Shown: one piece after another, positions 14,040-28,245 of the stretch
Layout of the letters: each line of letters starts with the position of its first letter
Position numbering within the stretch: position 1 is the first letter of the stretch
Source of the DNA: Eledone cirrhosa
Taxonomy: Eukaryota
Assembly (NCBI GenBank): GCA_964016885.1
Contig: OZ024741.1
Location: forward strand, 82,832,001-82,896,000
Direction: 5' to 3'
Length of the DNA stretch: 64,000 nucleotides
Position numbers and translations under genes: made by a program
Notes under the pieces: generated by a model
The model's input: only the letters and a program-made list of their open reading frames with translations
The model's database searches: none
What the model was told of the DNA's origin: nothing

Positions 14040-15225
14040 AGTTTAGAAGTGTGACCCACCTAATACGGGGGTTCACTCGTAAATAATACGGCACCCCTTT
14101 ACGGGGTGTCGTATTGTGTAAAAATATTATTTGAAAACAAATTTTCTTTCAACATGAATAACAAGAAAGTGAGAGAGCGCTGTCAGACAACACAGAGAGA
14201 GAGAGCGAGGCTTTGTCAGCATATCAACAAGACAGCGTTCCAGCGAAGATAAATTTAAAAGAAAATATTACGAAGGAAAAGAGGAACAACAGCAATTTTA
14301 ATGAGATTGTTACAGATTTAAAATTACCAAATATTTCTAACACAAACAACACCAACAATAACACCAACAACAACACCATCAATAACAACAGCAACAACAA
14401 AAATAACAGCGGTAGGGTCGAGAACCACAATAACAATGATAATAACAACAGCCACAACAACAATAATAGTAGGAACAGTATCAACAAAAACAACAATAAC
14501 AGTAACAACAGCAAAAGTATCAACGAAAGAAACAACAACAGCAGCAACAACAGTACCAACGAAAACATCAACAATGACATCGATACCTGTAACAGCGATC
14601 TCAGCACCCTCAGCAGGACCAGTAGCGGCAGCAACAGTGGTGCTGCTGAAAAAGGGACCACTTCTTTTACAGGTGTCGCCCGAAATATCGAAACAGTGTT
14701 AGTCACAGAGGAGGAGATGGCAGTGGCAATGGCCATGGTGACAAAAAACGCCAATATAATTTCTTTGAAACCTCCACCCGATTTTTTCAAGGACCAGCAG
14801 CTACGGACGGTAACTTACCGCACCGTAAGCAAAATGTCACATCGGGTGGAGAGAGCCACGGAGGCTCAAATCCAAAAGGCATTGGGGTGCGTCTGGGCAC
14901 GCAAAACCCACATCACCCGAGGCATAAAGTACGCCACAGTAGACGTACATTTCGCCACCCCGCAAGAAGCGAAGTCTCACTCTTTGGAAAGCCTAAAGTG
15001 TGAGGAGATAGTCTTGGTGCCCTCCTACTGCGGGCAAAGAATTGTGAGGGTCTAAGTGACCCAGGTCCCACTCAACGTGCCCATACCTTGGCTGGCCGCA
15101 TCTGTCCTTGCTGGAATCGAAGACAGGACGACCATACTGCAAGTAGAGAAAATAGGGAGAGAGAACTGGTCAGGTGTAGGCATGCAAATGCTTAGTGAGT
15201 TAGTTGCCCTGGCGTACAGAAACGA
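14040..15225 (+). mobile_element. Tx1-type LINE 5' portion: 5' UTR plus Asn-rich ORF1
   Basis: ORF 14213-15055 (SFTGVARN...SLKPPP...LRTVTYRTVSK) aligns by eye with ORF1 at 43749-44324 (SFAQTVKK...SINSPP...LKIVILRTVSN). Confidence 0.7.
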
Positions 15226-15252
15226 TAAATGGAAACAATGACATTCCCAGCC

Positions 15253-15650
15253 TACCAACTCACTCAGATTAGGCTGCACAGCCGTTAATATGCATAAGGA
15301 AAGTATATACTTTCAAACGTTCAATCGACTGCGAGGAAGGTATACAGTGCTGATGACAGCTAATAAGCTAGAAATTCGTTAATCGTTCCTTTGACAGTGT
15401 TGAAAAAAATGGCAACGATGGTTGCCGAACACTGTACGGCTAATAACTCGGGCTGTTTGTTTACAAACAAACCGAGCATTATAATAAATATTCGGTAAAC
15501 CCATACGTACATATATATGTATGCATGTATGTATGTACATACATAATACTTTTCGTCTGTATACATACATGTATATACGTATACATACTTATATTTAAGT
15601 ATCAGCCGTACTAAGAGTTAGAAATGAAATTTCATTTTTTCCATTTACAT
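15253..15650 (+). mobile_element. Non-coding HHR-bearing repeat unit (family A), solo copy
   Basis: Colinear with 52335-52740. Ends at a (TA)n tract. Confidence 0.8.
15344..15386 (+). ncRNA. Type-I hammerhead ribozyme motif, family A (decayed stems I and III)
   Basis: CTGATGA c-agct-aata-agct-a GAAA. Homologous position to 52435-52477. Confidence 0.6.
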
Positions 15651-15719
15651 ATATATATATATATTCTTATTTATATATATATACATATATACATATTTAT
15701 ATATACACACACACACACA

Positions 15720-15784
<65 letters not shown>

Positions 15785-16071
15785 CCTGCAGATGTACAGA
15801 ACCTCCATTATTTAACACTAATATATTGTCTCTTAGTGAACTGTTTTATTATTGTCTGTCACATGACAATGGAATCTTGGCAACAATTCCTGGAGAATGA
15901 TGTTAACAATATTTAACTTATACATTTTTCAATACTGAATATTTCCCCAATTTTCTATAAATTCCCTCTTCTGGGAATGGCGAAATTATTGCTAGTCAAA
16001 CAATAATGCAGTAATTATATTTATCCGATTTTATTATACTTGTGAATGGAGCCATATACATACTCATATAT

Positions 16072-16129
<58 letters not shown>

Positions 16130-16181
16130 TGAACACATACACACTTATGGACACACAATCACGTATATATATATGTATATA

Positions 16182-16234
<53 letters not shown>

Positions 16235-16278
16235 ACTTATATAACATCTCTCCCTCTCTCCTCCTCTCTCTCTCTCTC

Positions 16279-16327
<49 letters not shown>

Positions 16328-16424
16328 CTATATCTGTGTGTCTATGTGTATATATATATGAGTCTATAGAGATAATTTACGAACATATAATATACGGTAT
16401 CTAGGAATCTAGATTGTTTAAATC

Positions 16425-16780
16425 TTGGAGGGGGAGGCATATGAGGAGTGGAGAGGAGGCATATGATGATGTAGATGAGGGGGGGGGGTGCTGTAAGAGG
16501 ATGGGGAGGCGTAGGAGGAGGTGGAAGAGGTGGATGTGTCGTAGGGGGTGGGATGGTGTAGGAGGAGGAATACGAGGAATGTGGAGGGTCGTAGGATGGG
16601 GAGGAGGAGTCGTAGGAGGATGGGGAGGTGGAGGTGTAGTAGGAGGAGGAAAACGCGGAGGAGGAGCATGTGGAGGAGGAGAATAATGGGAGGAGGAGGA
16701 GGAGGAGGTGCAGAAAGAGGGGAGAAGGAGGAGGAAATGGTATGTGGTGGTTGTGGTGGCGGCGAAAAAGAAATCTATAA
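16425..16780. repeat. GGA/purine-rich low-complexity tract
   Basis: Imperfect (GGA)n. The Gly/Arg/Pro-rich ORFs are compositional. Confidence 0.9.
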
Positions 16781-17149
16781 GGAATAGTTTTCATATCATA
16801 GATAAGAATCAAAAAATATATTGATAATAATGAAATAATGTAGCGTATGAAGTTATATGAATACAAGGACATTTAAACTCAGTGCCACTTCCCGTAATTC
16901 AATCCAGGCACGGTATGTTCTAGAAAAGCTTCATCTTTTCTTATAATTTGTAATTGGAGGAAGCAGCCTGTTGATACTCTAGAGTGATAGACAAAATGAA
17001 ATGAACAGTTAAACGAGTCGGAATGGACACCAAACTTCTACAAAAAAATATGCCTCGACGATTCTGTCAAATAGTGTGTATATATATATAATTCTGTATA
17101 TATATATATTCTTTTGGGTTTGCTTTTATCCTTCTATGTTGTTCACTTG

Positions 17150-17325
17150 TCCCCCTCGCTTTACGCGATTTACTGGTCCCAATAACTGTTTTAGTTATTG
17201 CTCGCACCAACCTGAGGTATATGATTTTTAATGCGATGAAATACCAATGATGGTTGGAAAATCACTGACGAAGGACTATTTTTATCATATGTAACCCATG
17301 TGCAAATCACGCAGTATTCTTCTTT
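17150..17325 (+). repeat. Unclassified structured dispersed repeat, copy 1
   Basis: Homologous to the reverse complement of 20238-20390. Confidence 0.7.
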
Positions 17326-17331
17326 CTTCTC

Positions 17332-17367
<36 letters not shown>

Positions 17368-17432
17368 AATATTATTATTATTCATTGACGTATGTATATA
17401 CACACACACACACAAATATATACATATATATG

Positions 17433-17507
<75 letters not shown>

Positions 17508-18169
17508 TATATGTGTGTGTGTGGGTGTAGCGAAACATGTTGTATATCATTCGATACATGTGTATAATGCTACGTTGGAGCAACAATATTAATACACAAT
17601 ATGTAAACACGTAAACATGCCTGTAAATGCAAATTTCCTTGTACATTCAAATTCTTTATAATCACCTTTAATTATATCCTCACCAGAAGTCGTGCTACTA
17701 TTCACCAACAAGGAAACTCGTATTTATAGCTATATAAACTCATTCTTTCTTAGTAAATTTCTGATATGTAGTAATTTGCATATAATTAACGCTAGTATTG
17801 GTAATAAATTAAGATCTTTATTAAGAAGTGCGTTAGCAACTAAAGTGTACGACAAAAAAATATATTTGTAAATACAGATGTAAAACTTAGACTGCAACAA
17901 TGTGTATGTAATTATACACATATTTGCTATGTAGGCATATAAACATTATAGGAATTGCCTTGTAAATCGAAATAATGATAAACATCATTAATCCATTTTC
18001 TAATGTAACTGGATTCACGTGAGAAGGCATGTATCTCATCCAATTAACCAAAATTAAATTCGTATTTGATAGGTATATATATCCATACGCTCCTACCATT
18101 ATTTCGAAATAAAACTACCTTACATATACATACATTCACACACAGAAACACAAATACACAACCACACCC

Positions 18170-18706
<537 letters not shown>

Positions 18707-19463
18707 TGAAAGCCGCAGAACATAATTGATACAAAGTGAAAATCATGGTTATTATTTAAATCAATTCTTCAATTTCTACAATTTTTTCTTTGGAGGTAGA
18801 TGTTGTGTCAATACCTATAATCAATCGATTTATCAGGTAAACAAATAAGAATTAAAAATTTAAATGGCACTCAAGCAAAAATCTCCATTTCATCAGGATA
18901 AAAAACGGAGAGATACATTGATGTACATCGGGAAAAAATATAAACAATCAAAAGCAAGATTTCGTAAGGTTAACAGAGCACGCAAAGACTATTGAGTGGG
19001 TGATTTGTGGGACCAGAGAATAGTTTATACTTATAAGCAATAAACGTAAAGTTTCACAGTAGGGAAGCATATTGCTATAAAAGAGGGTGTACAGATTAGA
19101 AATAACAGTGCATATGTAAAACGATAATATGTTAATTACGTGTAAACATGAACATTCAAATGTACTGCTTAAATTTATCGAACATATTTTACTCACACCG
19201 AATTATAGAAGAGGAAAGCTATTGAGGTCGTTTTCCGCATACAATGTCAAGCACCTGTGGATATATAAAAGAAGAATGCCGTTATACTGTAACGGGTAGA
19301 AATAACGTGAAATTTTGGGTACGGTTTTTGTTTTTGAAATTGACCGATCAAATATTTATCACCCCCACTCCCGTACAATGGCAAGTAGGTGTTGATATAT
19401 AAACAAAACTACCGTTATATTGCAAAATCTATTAGGACTCTGTTCGCTTTCGACAATAACCGG

Positions 19464-19539
<76 letters not shown>

Positions 19540-19571
19540 TGTGTGTGTGTGTGTGCGTGTATATAAACAAA

Positions 19572-20055
19572 TTATATAGAGCGGGAATGAGCCATATATC
19601 GTAAGAGAAACACGGTATATTTTATATATATACCAAATACATATTCTATAGAAGAATATGTACACAGATTGAATCATTAGTGAAACCTTATACCGCTATT
19701 TCATACCTGGACATTATGGCTAAAAATCGATCCCTGTAATCGATCATCGGAAATAAAAGTCCATCAATATATTCGATCATCGAAGACAAACTATCAATTA
19801 TGTTTAAACCACATGAGACTCAGGTACTGAGCAGAGGTTTAGTCTCACCATTCTAAGCGAAGTTTCTTTTTTATGCTTTCGATGATCGATTACATAGATC
19901 AATTTTTAGCCATACTCTCCAGGTATGAAATAGCGGTATAAGGTTTCACTTACGATTTCATCTGTGTATATATTCTTCTATTGAATATGTATTTGGTATA
20001 TATACAATGTGCATTGCTTCTCTTACGATATATGGCTATTCCTCTCTCTATATAA
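19572..20055. mobile_element. MITE-like element with about 185-bp terminal inverted repeats
   Basis: agtgaaaccttataccgctatttcatacctgga (19679) is the reverse complement of tccaggtatgaaatagcggtataaggtttcact (19918). Arms extend to TA-rich ends around a non-coding core. Confidence 0.8.
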
Positions 20056-20163
20056 ACATATATCTTTTAATTTATTTATTATGGATCTAGATAAAATCTA
20101 TTGAGCTTACTTATTGAGAAACACAAAATTAGAAACATATTTGATATGTTTTGATTCACCATT

Positions 20164-20231
<68 letters not shown>

Positions 20232-20237
20232 AATAAT

Positions 20238-20390
20238 GGAGCTGCGGCGCTGCAAATGGGTTACAATTAAAAAGTTTGTCCTCATCAGTGGCCATCCAAC
20301 CGTCGTAGGCATTTCGTCGCATTAAAGGCCATATACCTCAGGTTGGAGCAACGGCTAAAAAAAGTCGTTGGGACACGTAAATAAAGGGGA
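20238..20390 (-). repeat. Unclassified structured dispersed repeat, copy 2
   Basis: Homologous to 17150-17325. Abuts (TA)n. Confidence 0.7.
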
Positions 20391-20705
20391 CGCTAGGGTA
20401 AACAAACAAAATGGTTTAAGCAGCAGAAAGAGAGGAAGAAGGAATTAATTCCCAGATTTCTATGAATATAAATTCGGTGGAATCGTGAACGAGAGAATAA
20501 AGATCATCATGTGAGCAAGGAAGGAATTTCGCACAGGTCTAACGGGAGGAAGAAGGGGTCTGGTCTGCGAATTCGGTAAACATAAGTTCTGTGAAGTCGC
20601 AGACGAGAGAGAGAGAGAACAAAAATTCATACCGGCTTGGCCAAGTGCCCGCGAGAAAAGGATTGTGGACAGGTCAAACGGGAAGAAAGGGGAGGAGGAG
20701 AGGTA

Positions 20706-20803
<98 letters not shown>

Positions 20804-20807
20804 TATA

Positions 20808-21690
20808 TTCGTAGGAAAAAAGAAAAACTCGGCGTATGGAAGCTGTCAAAACAGCAAAATACAGTCGAATCGGCGTTGGGTTACATATTACCTCGAAGGA
20901 CAGAGATCAGCTGCTCGATGTGAGTTGACTCGAAGGAAAGAAGAGAAGATAGGAAGGAAGAAAGGGAATGCATGACTGAGAATAGGTCACAAACATTAAA
21001 ATATGCCCGTCAGATCTCGCCTTCTGCAGTTTCGACGAATTAATGAGATTAATGCGAAGAATATGAGGCTGGTAACAGAGAAATATATATCTTCGTATAT
21101 ATAATGTTTGTATTGGGATAGGTTAGAGAGAGAAAGACGGAGTGCGTACAGTAGACCTCAAGTCATCGCGAGAAAGGAAGAATTGTGGCGTCGTAAGCAG
21201 AGCTGGTCTGTAGAAGGGAGAGAGGTAAAGGAAGAAGCTAACAGTGGGAAGGAGAGGGAGAAAGAAAGCGAGCAGTGGGAGCAAAGGGAGAGAAAGAAAT
21301 AATGAAAGCACGGGGGACAGAGTAAGAGAGTAGAAAAGACAACTCACCTTAAGCATGATACCAATCCGCAGTAGAACGCTAAGATAGCTATTAAAGGTAC
21401 AAACAAATTAACTCGAATATCGAGTTTTGAGACACGAGTGTATTTGTATCCGTAGGAAAATGGAAAAACTCGGCTTACGGAAGCTGTTAAAACAGAAAAA
21501 TACCGTCGAAGCAGCGTTGTTCTCATTCATCCATTCTATTTCTTCTTTCCTATCTTCTCTTCTTTTCTTCGAGTCAACTCACATCGAGACGCTGATGTCT
21601 CTCCTTCGGGGTAATATTTCACCCAACGCCGCTTCGACGGTATTTTGCTGTTTCAACAGCTTCCGTACGCCGAGTTCATACCTTTTCTGA
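20808..21690. mobile_element. Element with about 170-bp inverted arms and an extra internal partial arm (MITE-like)
   Basis: 20808-20981 is inverted at 21520-21690. Its first 70 bp repeat directly at 21447-21518. Confidence 0.7.
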
Positions 21691-22727
21691 GTTCATATGT
21701 CTCCAAGATGAACACAGCATCTCATGGTGCTCCATGTTGGTATGCTACAATCCAGTACTTGCTCTGTTTTCACTCGGAGATATATGACATTCAGCGGGTT
21801 TAAATTCTCAAATTGAGCCCTTCTCACATGGCGGCCACGCTTCTCCATCACAAACTAAGAGCATTTTACGCTTTTCCTATAGCAAAATATATCATTTTAG
21901 GTGTTCCCTAAACCGTAGAGGGTTTGGTTACTTCGGATGATTTCAGCATCTGTAATAGACAGAATAGGAAAAATATATAAATATTAACCATTATCCCAGC
22001 ATGCATTGAAGAACATTGCGTATGTTTATGTTCATATCCTTCATCAGTAGGGGTGTAAAATTTACTTTAAATACATTTCCCAATGTATAAACTCGCCTAC
22101 TACATATAACTATTCATAAAAGGCATGAAGTGCGGCCGGGATATGATATATGTGTTATGTTAGCAAGTGTTATTTAGAATATTGATACATTTGGAGTTAA
22201 ATATTTTCACTAAGATATTATTATGTAGTTAATTTCATTTTAAGTTGCTGAGACAAACTAACAAAGTAAACGATGTTTTGAATTATACCATAAATGCAGA
22301 TGTATCAGTGAACAGCTGTCTTATAAATTCTAGTTTCTCAATATTGTAAATAAATTATCGTTAGAAAATGGTTGGTATCACTAAGAAGTCTCAATTTACA
22401 CTGACAGGAATTGTCTGAGCGCAATTTGCATCAAAGTTATACATCATACCTCATTTGCATGATATCTGTTTAAAAGGATTTCAACAGCTATAAATCTTAT
22501 TAATTCATTGATGACTGCACAACTTCACATTCTACTATAGTTAACCTGAAAATCAGTTGCCTCAGAATCAATGTATAGTAGATAATGGTATTCAGGTTCT
22601 CTGAAGAATTCTATTGACTAAGTATCTATATACGGGTATATACATATATAAGCATTAGAAACACCACATACACACAAACACACACACACTTACACATACA
22701 CACACTTACACACACACACACATATAA

Positions 22728-22815
<88 letters not shown>

Positions 22816-23375
22816 TATAGTATAAACCCATAATTACTAGCGCCATATTAACATACGGAGTTTCTTATGCCATTCTTAAACCAGCCTGGTGGAGCCCATC
22901 CCTTACACAGGCCAGAGTAAAATAGATTTCTTCCAGAGAATGATAGAGCGAGAGAAAGGAAGTGTGACAGAAATATAGCAGAAGAATCGACTTCAATACT
23001 TGATTCTTACTTTTTTAAATAATCTTGAATGAATGAAAAGCAAATTTCACCTCGGTACGAATTGAAGTGAGAGAACAGAGTGCCGAAGCGACTACCGCAT
23101 GATATCCGATGCTCTAATGACGCTTCCACACATTATATCATAGCTACGTGCTGAGACATTTTACACAGGACTTTTAACTGTGTACTCACAGACTTATTAT
23201 ATATATATATATATATATATATAGGGGGGGGTATACATATATGGGTATACAAGTGTGGGTTTTTGCGAATGTGTGGGAGTAAAAGGTTTTATATTTGTAT
23301 ATATGTATATGTGTGTATGTGTGCTTGTGTATATATGTGTATATGTATGTGAGTGTGTGTATGTGTGTATGTGTG

Positions 23376-23430
<55 letters not shown>

Positions 23431-23503
23431 ATATATACACACATTCAAACACATATACACACACACATATATATATACACACATATACATACATTATATA
23501 TAG

Positions 23504-23550
<47 letters not shown>

Positions 23551-23961
23551 TACATACATACACATACACACTTACACACACACATACACATACATATATA
23601 TAAACATATATATATATACTTATATACACATATACATATATACACATATATACATACATATACATACATATATATAAATTATATAGTAAAGCATGTCCAA
23701 AGAATTATTTGAGAATATATATATACATCATCTCTACTCCCAATCAGCATAATGAACCACACAAAAAATCAATAGACCAGGCTATAAGAATAAAAGGCAC
23801 CTATGAAGAAACAGTAAATAAATACGCCACAGCAGCGTCTTCGCGTCTAACCGCTATAGAATATTTTCCCAACATTTCAACAGCACGTGGAAATTAATTA
23901 AATATACGGTCAACCATACATAATTAGGTAACATTTAAAGTTAGAAATGCTTATATACATA

Positions 23962-24114
<153 letters not shown>

Positions 24115-24163
24115 AGAGAGAGAGAGATATATACATACATACACACTTACACACACATACACA

Positions 24164-24209
<46 letters not shown>

Positions 24210-24254
24210 TATACATATATACATATATATGTTAACCTTGGTCTTCCTCTTCTA

Positions 24255-24412
24255 GTGTGTCCATGTAGGGGCTCCCAAATGTTGATGCCCTAAGGACAGA
24301 CACTGGTCTGTTGGAGAAGCAGGATATGGCAGCGATAATAAGGGACAGAGACCGCTGGAGAGAACTCGTCCATGGATCTCGGGAATTTTACCCGCCTTAG
24401 ATAGATAGATAC
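24255..24412 (+). mobile_element. RTE-type LINE extreme 3' end
   Basis: DALRTDTGL...IRDRDRWRELVH (DRxxWRxxV motif), then an (AGAT)n tail. Confidence 0.65.
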
Positions 24413-24494
24413 ATATATATATTCATTTATTTACATACATATACATACATAAATATATATATATTATGTATATATATATATATAAACACACACA

Positions 24495-24570
<76 letters not shown>

Positions 24571-24574
<4 letters not shown>

Positions 24575-27357
24575 GTTTGAATATGTATAATAAAGCCAAA
24601 ACAATGCAGGTATGGACACAGAAAAAAGAATGCAATTGCAAAAGATATTGTTGACAATTCGTCTTTTACCTTAGATTTATTTAAATGTCCTTAATTTTCG
24701 AGATAATATCTCTTCTTCAGAGGGAAATAAATGTCTCAAACCAGCGTTCTAAATATCTTGCCAAGCCATGCTGACAGGAAATAGTATAGAGTATCTGTTC
24801 TATCTCTAATGTCAAAGAGTTAAAATTAGGTGGATAAAGAGTAGTCTCCCTTTAAAACGGGTTTGTTTAGGGTTTTTTTTATATACATGCCTGTTTAAGT
24901 GTGTGGGAGAATGCATGAAGGTGTAAGTATGTGAGTGTGTGTGTGTGAGTGTGAGAAGATAGGTCTATTCGTAAATATGGGGGATAGGTGTTATCTGGTG
25001 TTAGAACTGGTTTTGTGTGTGTATGTGTGAGAGAGAATAGGTGGAGGTGTAAGCGTGTGTGTGTGTGCGTGCGTGTGTGTGGGGTGTGTGTAAATATAGG
25101 GCTAGAAGCCCTATCAGGTTATAAATTGGGTGTTGAGTTCTTGTCTATTATTGATTGGTGGTTGCGTTTTATCTATAATTAGTGCTTCCATAATTCTAAG
25201 ATTGCCGAGGTTTCTTTCCTTAGTTTTTATCCTAACTCTTATGGTTTTGTCGGTGTTTTTGCATTTAACTAGGTGTTTCTTAAATGAGGAAGCGTTAGTG
25301 TTGAGGTGTTCTTTTATTCTTATGTGGAGTGGTCTGGTGGTGCTACCTACGTAGAAGTTGTTGCATTTGTCACACTCTAGTCTGTATACGACGTAAGCCT
25401 GGTGGCATAGGTTTGTGTCGTTGATGGGGCAGTTGGCTAGTCTGCAGCAGTTGTCATGTCTGGTGGAGTGTCTTTTGGTTAGCTGTCCGCTTAGAGAAGG
25501 ACCTGAGTGGGCCAGTTGGATATCTAGTCCCTATCGTCTGATGGCTCAGCGGGTGGCTGTTGTTGTTTCTTCACTGAAGTGTGGGAGCTTCAGGAAGCAA
25601 GTGTGAGTGCCTCGGGTGTGGTGTCCTCTGTTCTTTCTGGCACGGTTTGTGGTGGATGTCGTGTATCCGTTCAGTTTCAGTACTTCCAGGAAATGTGTGG
25701 TGTGTGTGTCTCGGTCTCTAGCGTCGGTGCATTTGTTCCGGATACGTGCCAGTTCGTTCCTTATGTATCCGAACTTGGCACCGAGTGGGAGGGCCGATCT
25801 GAAATGTACGAACAGGTCCCTGCTGGCGGCTTTTTTTATAGAAGCAGGTGTGGATGTTGCCTTCCTCTGTTACCCTGAGTTGGAAGTCCAGTAGGGATAG
25901 GGATCCGCGGTCATCGGGGTGTTCCATGCTGAACTTTATACTGGCGTCTATGCTGGAGAATGTTGTGTATATGTTATCCTCCTCCTCACGGGATGATGTA
26001 AGGATGAGTATGTCATCTACATATCGGGTGAAGAAGGCATGGGAATGGCAGGCGTTGAGGGCTCGGCATTCTAGCTGGTTCATGTAGGTGATGGCCAGCA
26101 GGCCCGATAGGCTGGATCCCATGGGTAATCCTGTTGTCTGTCTGTATGTGTGGTGGTGGAAGGTGAAGTACGTGTTGTCTACTGTGAAGGACAAAAGCTG
26201 GTGTATGTCCGTCGGGTGGAGGCCGTAGCAGCGGATGTCCTCTGCGACCACGCAGTCCGTCAATAAATAGACAGCTGGATGAGCGGGGACTGTAGTGTAG
26301 AGGGAGACAACGTCGAGGCTAAAAGCGTATTTATTTAGTTTAAGTTGTTCTGGCTGGAGTTGGTGTAGTCTACCTATAACTTCGACATGCCCGGGAAAGG
26401 TGGAGAGTAGAGGCCTGAGGACCTGGGAGAGGAGCCAGGAAATTTTGTATAGGGGTCCTTCTATGCTAGAGACGATGCGTCTTATTGCGTCTTAGTACTA
26501 TTCTTGTGGGTCTTGATGAGGTGGTAGAAAGTGGGCAGTCTGCTATTTCTAGTGGTGTAGTTGAGCTTAACTTTATTTGGGAGTTGTATTCTCCTACAGA
26601 TATCGCACCAAATGGAGTTGGTCTGTTTTTCGATCTGTGCTGCAGTCATGTCCGGGATCTCTGTGTATAATTCATTGTCCCTTAGGTGTTCAAAGGCTAG
26701 GTTATTGTATGTGGCTTGAGAGATGACGCAAAACTCTTTACCTTTGTCGGATGGTAAGTATATATGTTCCCTATTCCGTAGGTTCTTCAGGGCGAGTTGT
26801 TGTTTCCTGGAGAGGTTTGGGGCTATCTTCTTCTGTTTCCGTAAGATGTTAAATACGGAATGTTTTAGTCTCGAGAGTTTTTCTTCAAGCTCACGGTTGG
26901 CAGGCGGTGGACAGAGTGGGCGATCTAGTTGGTATATCGGGAATCTGGGTTAATGGATTCCGTGGTTTGTTGTCGAGAGTCTATAACCATTTTAGTTGGT
27001 AGGCAGCCCGACAGAAATTCGTTTCTATGGAGAGCCATAATTTGTCGTCTAGTCTCTGTTTCAATATGAACTTGGGACCCAGGCTGAGGAGGTCTAATTC
27101 CTCTCGGGAGAGGGATCCTGTCAAGTCTGTGACGAGGTGTTTTGCGTCAGATGTGTTGTTGGTCGGGGCGCCTCTAGGTTCGGTGTTGGTACCGTCTTGT
27201 TCGCCTATGTTGGTGTTTAGACTTGGGATGTTGTTAAGACAGTTGGCCGTCATGAGTTTGAGAAATGTTTGCGTTAGGCGTATTTTCTCGTAGTCTCGGC
27301 GATGGTGGTATGACCTGTCTATAGTGGCGGAGATGACTCTGGGCAGAGGTTCTGGGG

Positions 27358-27358
<1 letters not shown>
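24571..27358 (-). mobile_element. Penelope-like element (RT plus C-terminal GIY-YIG), decayed
   Basis: LLSLGPKF, PSDKGKEF, SLDVVSLYT, YRQTTGLPMGSSLSG, RYVDDIL, a Cys linker, then VVYRLEC...FYVGSTTRPLHIRIKEH; stop near 25114. (TA)n at both ends. Confidence 0.92.
24688..24724 (-). ncRNA. Minimal type-I hammerhead motif, family B, in the PLE 3' repeat
   Basis: Minus strand: cct CTGAAGA a gagat-att-atctc GAAA at TA agg. Palindromic AATT at stem III; stem I only 3 bp. Confidence 0.55.
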
Positions 27359-27394
<36 letters not shown>

Positions 27395-27437
27395 TGTGTG
27401 TATGTGTGTATGTATATATATATATATGTGTGTGTGC

Positions 27438-27995
27438 ATGTAGACACCTGAAATATAACTAAAGAGAAACTTAACAATAAGGAGAAGCACCTCATACTTG
27501 AACCTGTTTATAGAATTCTCTTTCTGCCTTTGTCATTCTACATACAGCAGTAAAGAATTAGCTTTTAAAGAATTCCCCTTTCTTTAAACCAATGACCTCC
27601 GCGCAACCTGTAGACACCTGAAATACAGACATTGTTAGCTTAAGAGAAACCTAAAAATAAGGAGTGGTACTCCAATACGATCTTGTTTATAGAATTCTTT
27701 CTGCCTTTGTCACTCTAAATATAAATTATAGCTTTAAAGAATTAACTTTAAAAGAATTCCTTTTTCTTTAAACCCATCAACCAATGACCTCCACCTATCC
27801 CAATCGGCACCCTCTCCGAACACCAGAAAATATATAAATACCACCATATTTACTTGGACAGTTAGCTTCCTGATGATTTCTCACGAATGGAACAGTTCTA
27901 GTCCTGTAGAAGCTTTTCTATATTAAACATTTATACTCTGTTATGTATTGAGTACCTTACTGTGGTTACCCCCGATTGAACCCGGAATAACTTAT
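27438..27995 (+). mobile_element. Non-coding HHR-bearing element (family C) with two tandem 170-190-bp subrepeats
   Basis: tgtagacacctgaaata...ccaatgacctcc occurs twice (27440, 27610). 27867-27990 is homologous to 48751-48880. Confidence 0.75.
27864..27914 (+). ncRNA. Type-I hammerhead motif, family C (GAAA mutated to GGAA)
   Basis: agcttc CTGATGA t-ttc-tcac-gaa-t GGAAC ag-ttctagtc-ct GTA gaagct. Confidence 0.7.
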
Positions 27996-28009
27996 ATATA
28001 TAATGTTTT

Positions 28010-28193
28010 GAACAGTTCTTTGATTCTTATATTTCATATAACTGCTCTGTAAATCATCTGATGTTTTTGCATTGAGCTACTTAACTTACTGGTAATAATA
28101 CATTACTGCCTACCACTATTTAGGGTTTGTATAAAAAATACATATAACTGCATAAGGTTTTTGTATTTACATAACCATAAATAGTATAATTAA

Positions 28194-28200
<7 letters not shown>
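28010..28200 (+). mobile_element. Solo pseudo-LTR remnant related to the PLE at 59.5-64 kb
   Basis: ctgctctgtaaatcatctgatg...cattgagcta...cactatttaggg...cataaccataaatagtat matches 59625-59790. Ends in (TA)n. Confidence 0.75.

Positions 28201-28245
<45 letters not shown>

Noticed and set aside
16342-16872. Pro/Gly/Arg-rich ORFs
   Set aside because: Products of an imperfect (GGA)n tract.
17245-17280. Possible SECIS or C/D box (ATGA...AAAA...GA)
   Set aside because: Helix between the core and the AA loop is too short, and there is no linked UGA-containing ORF.
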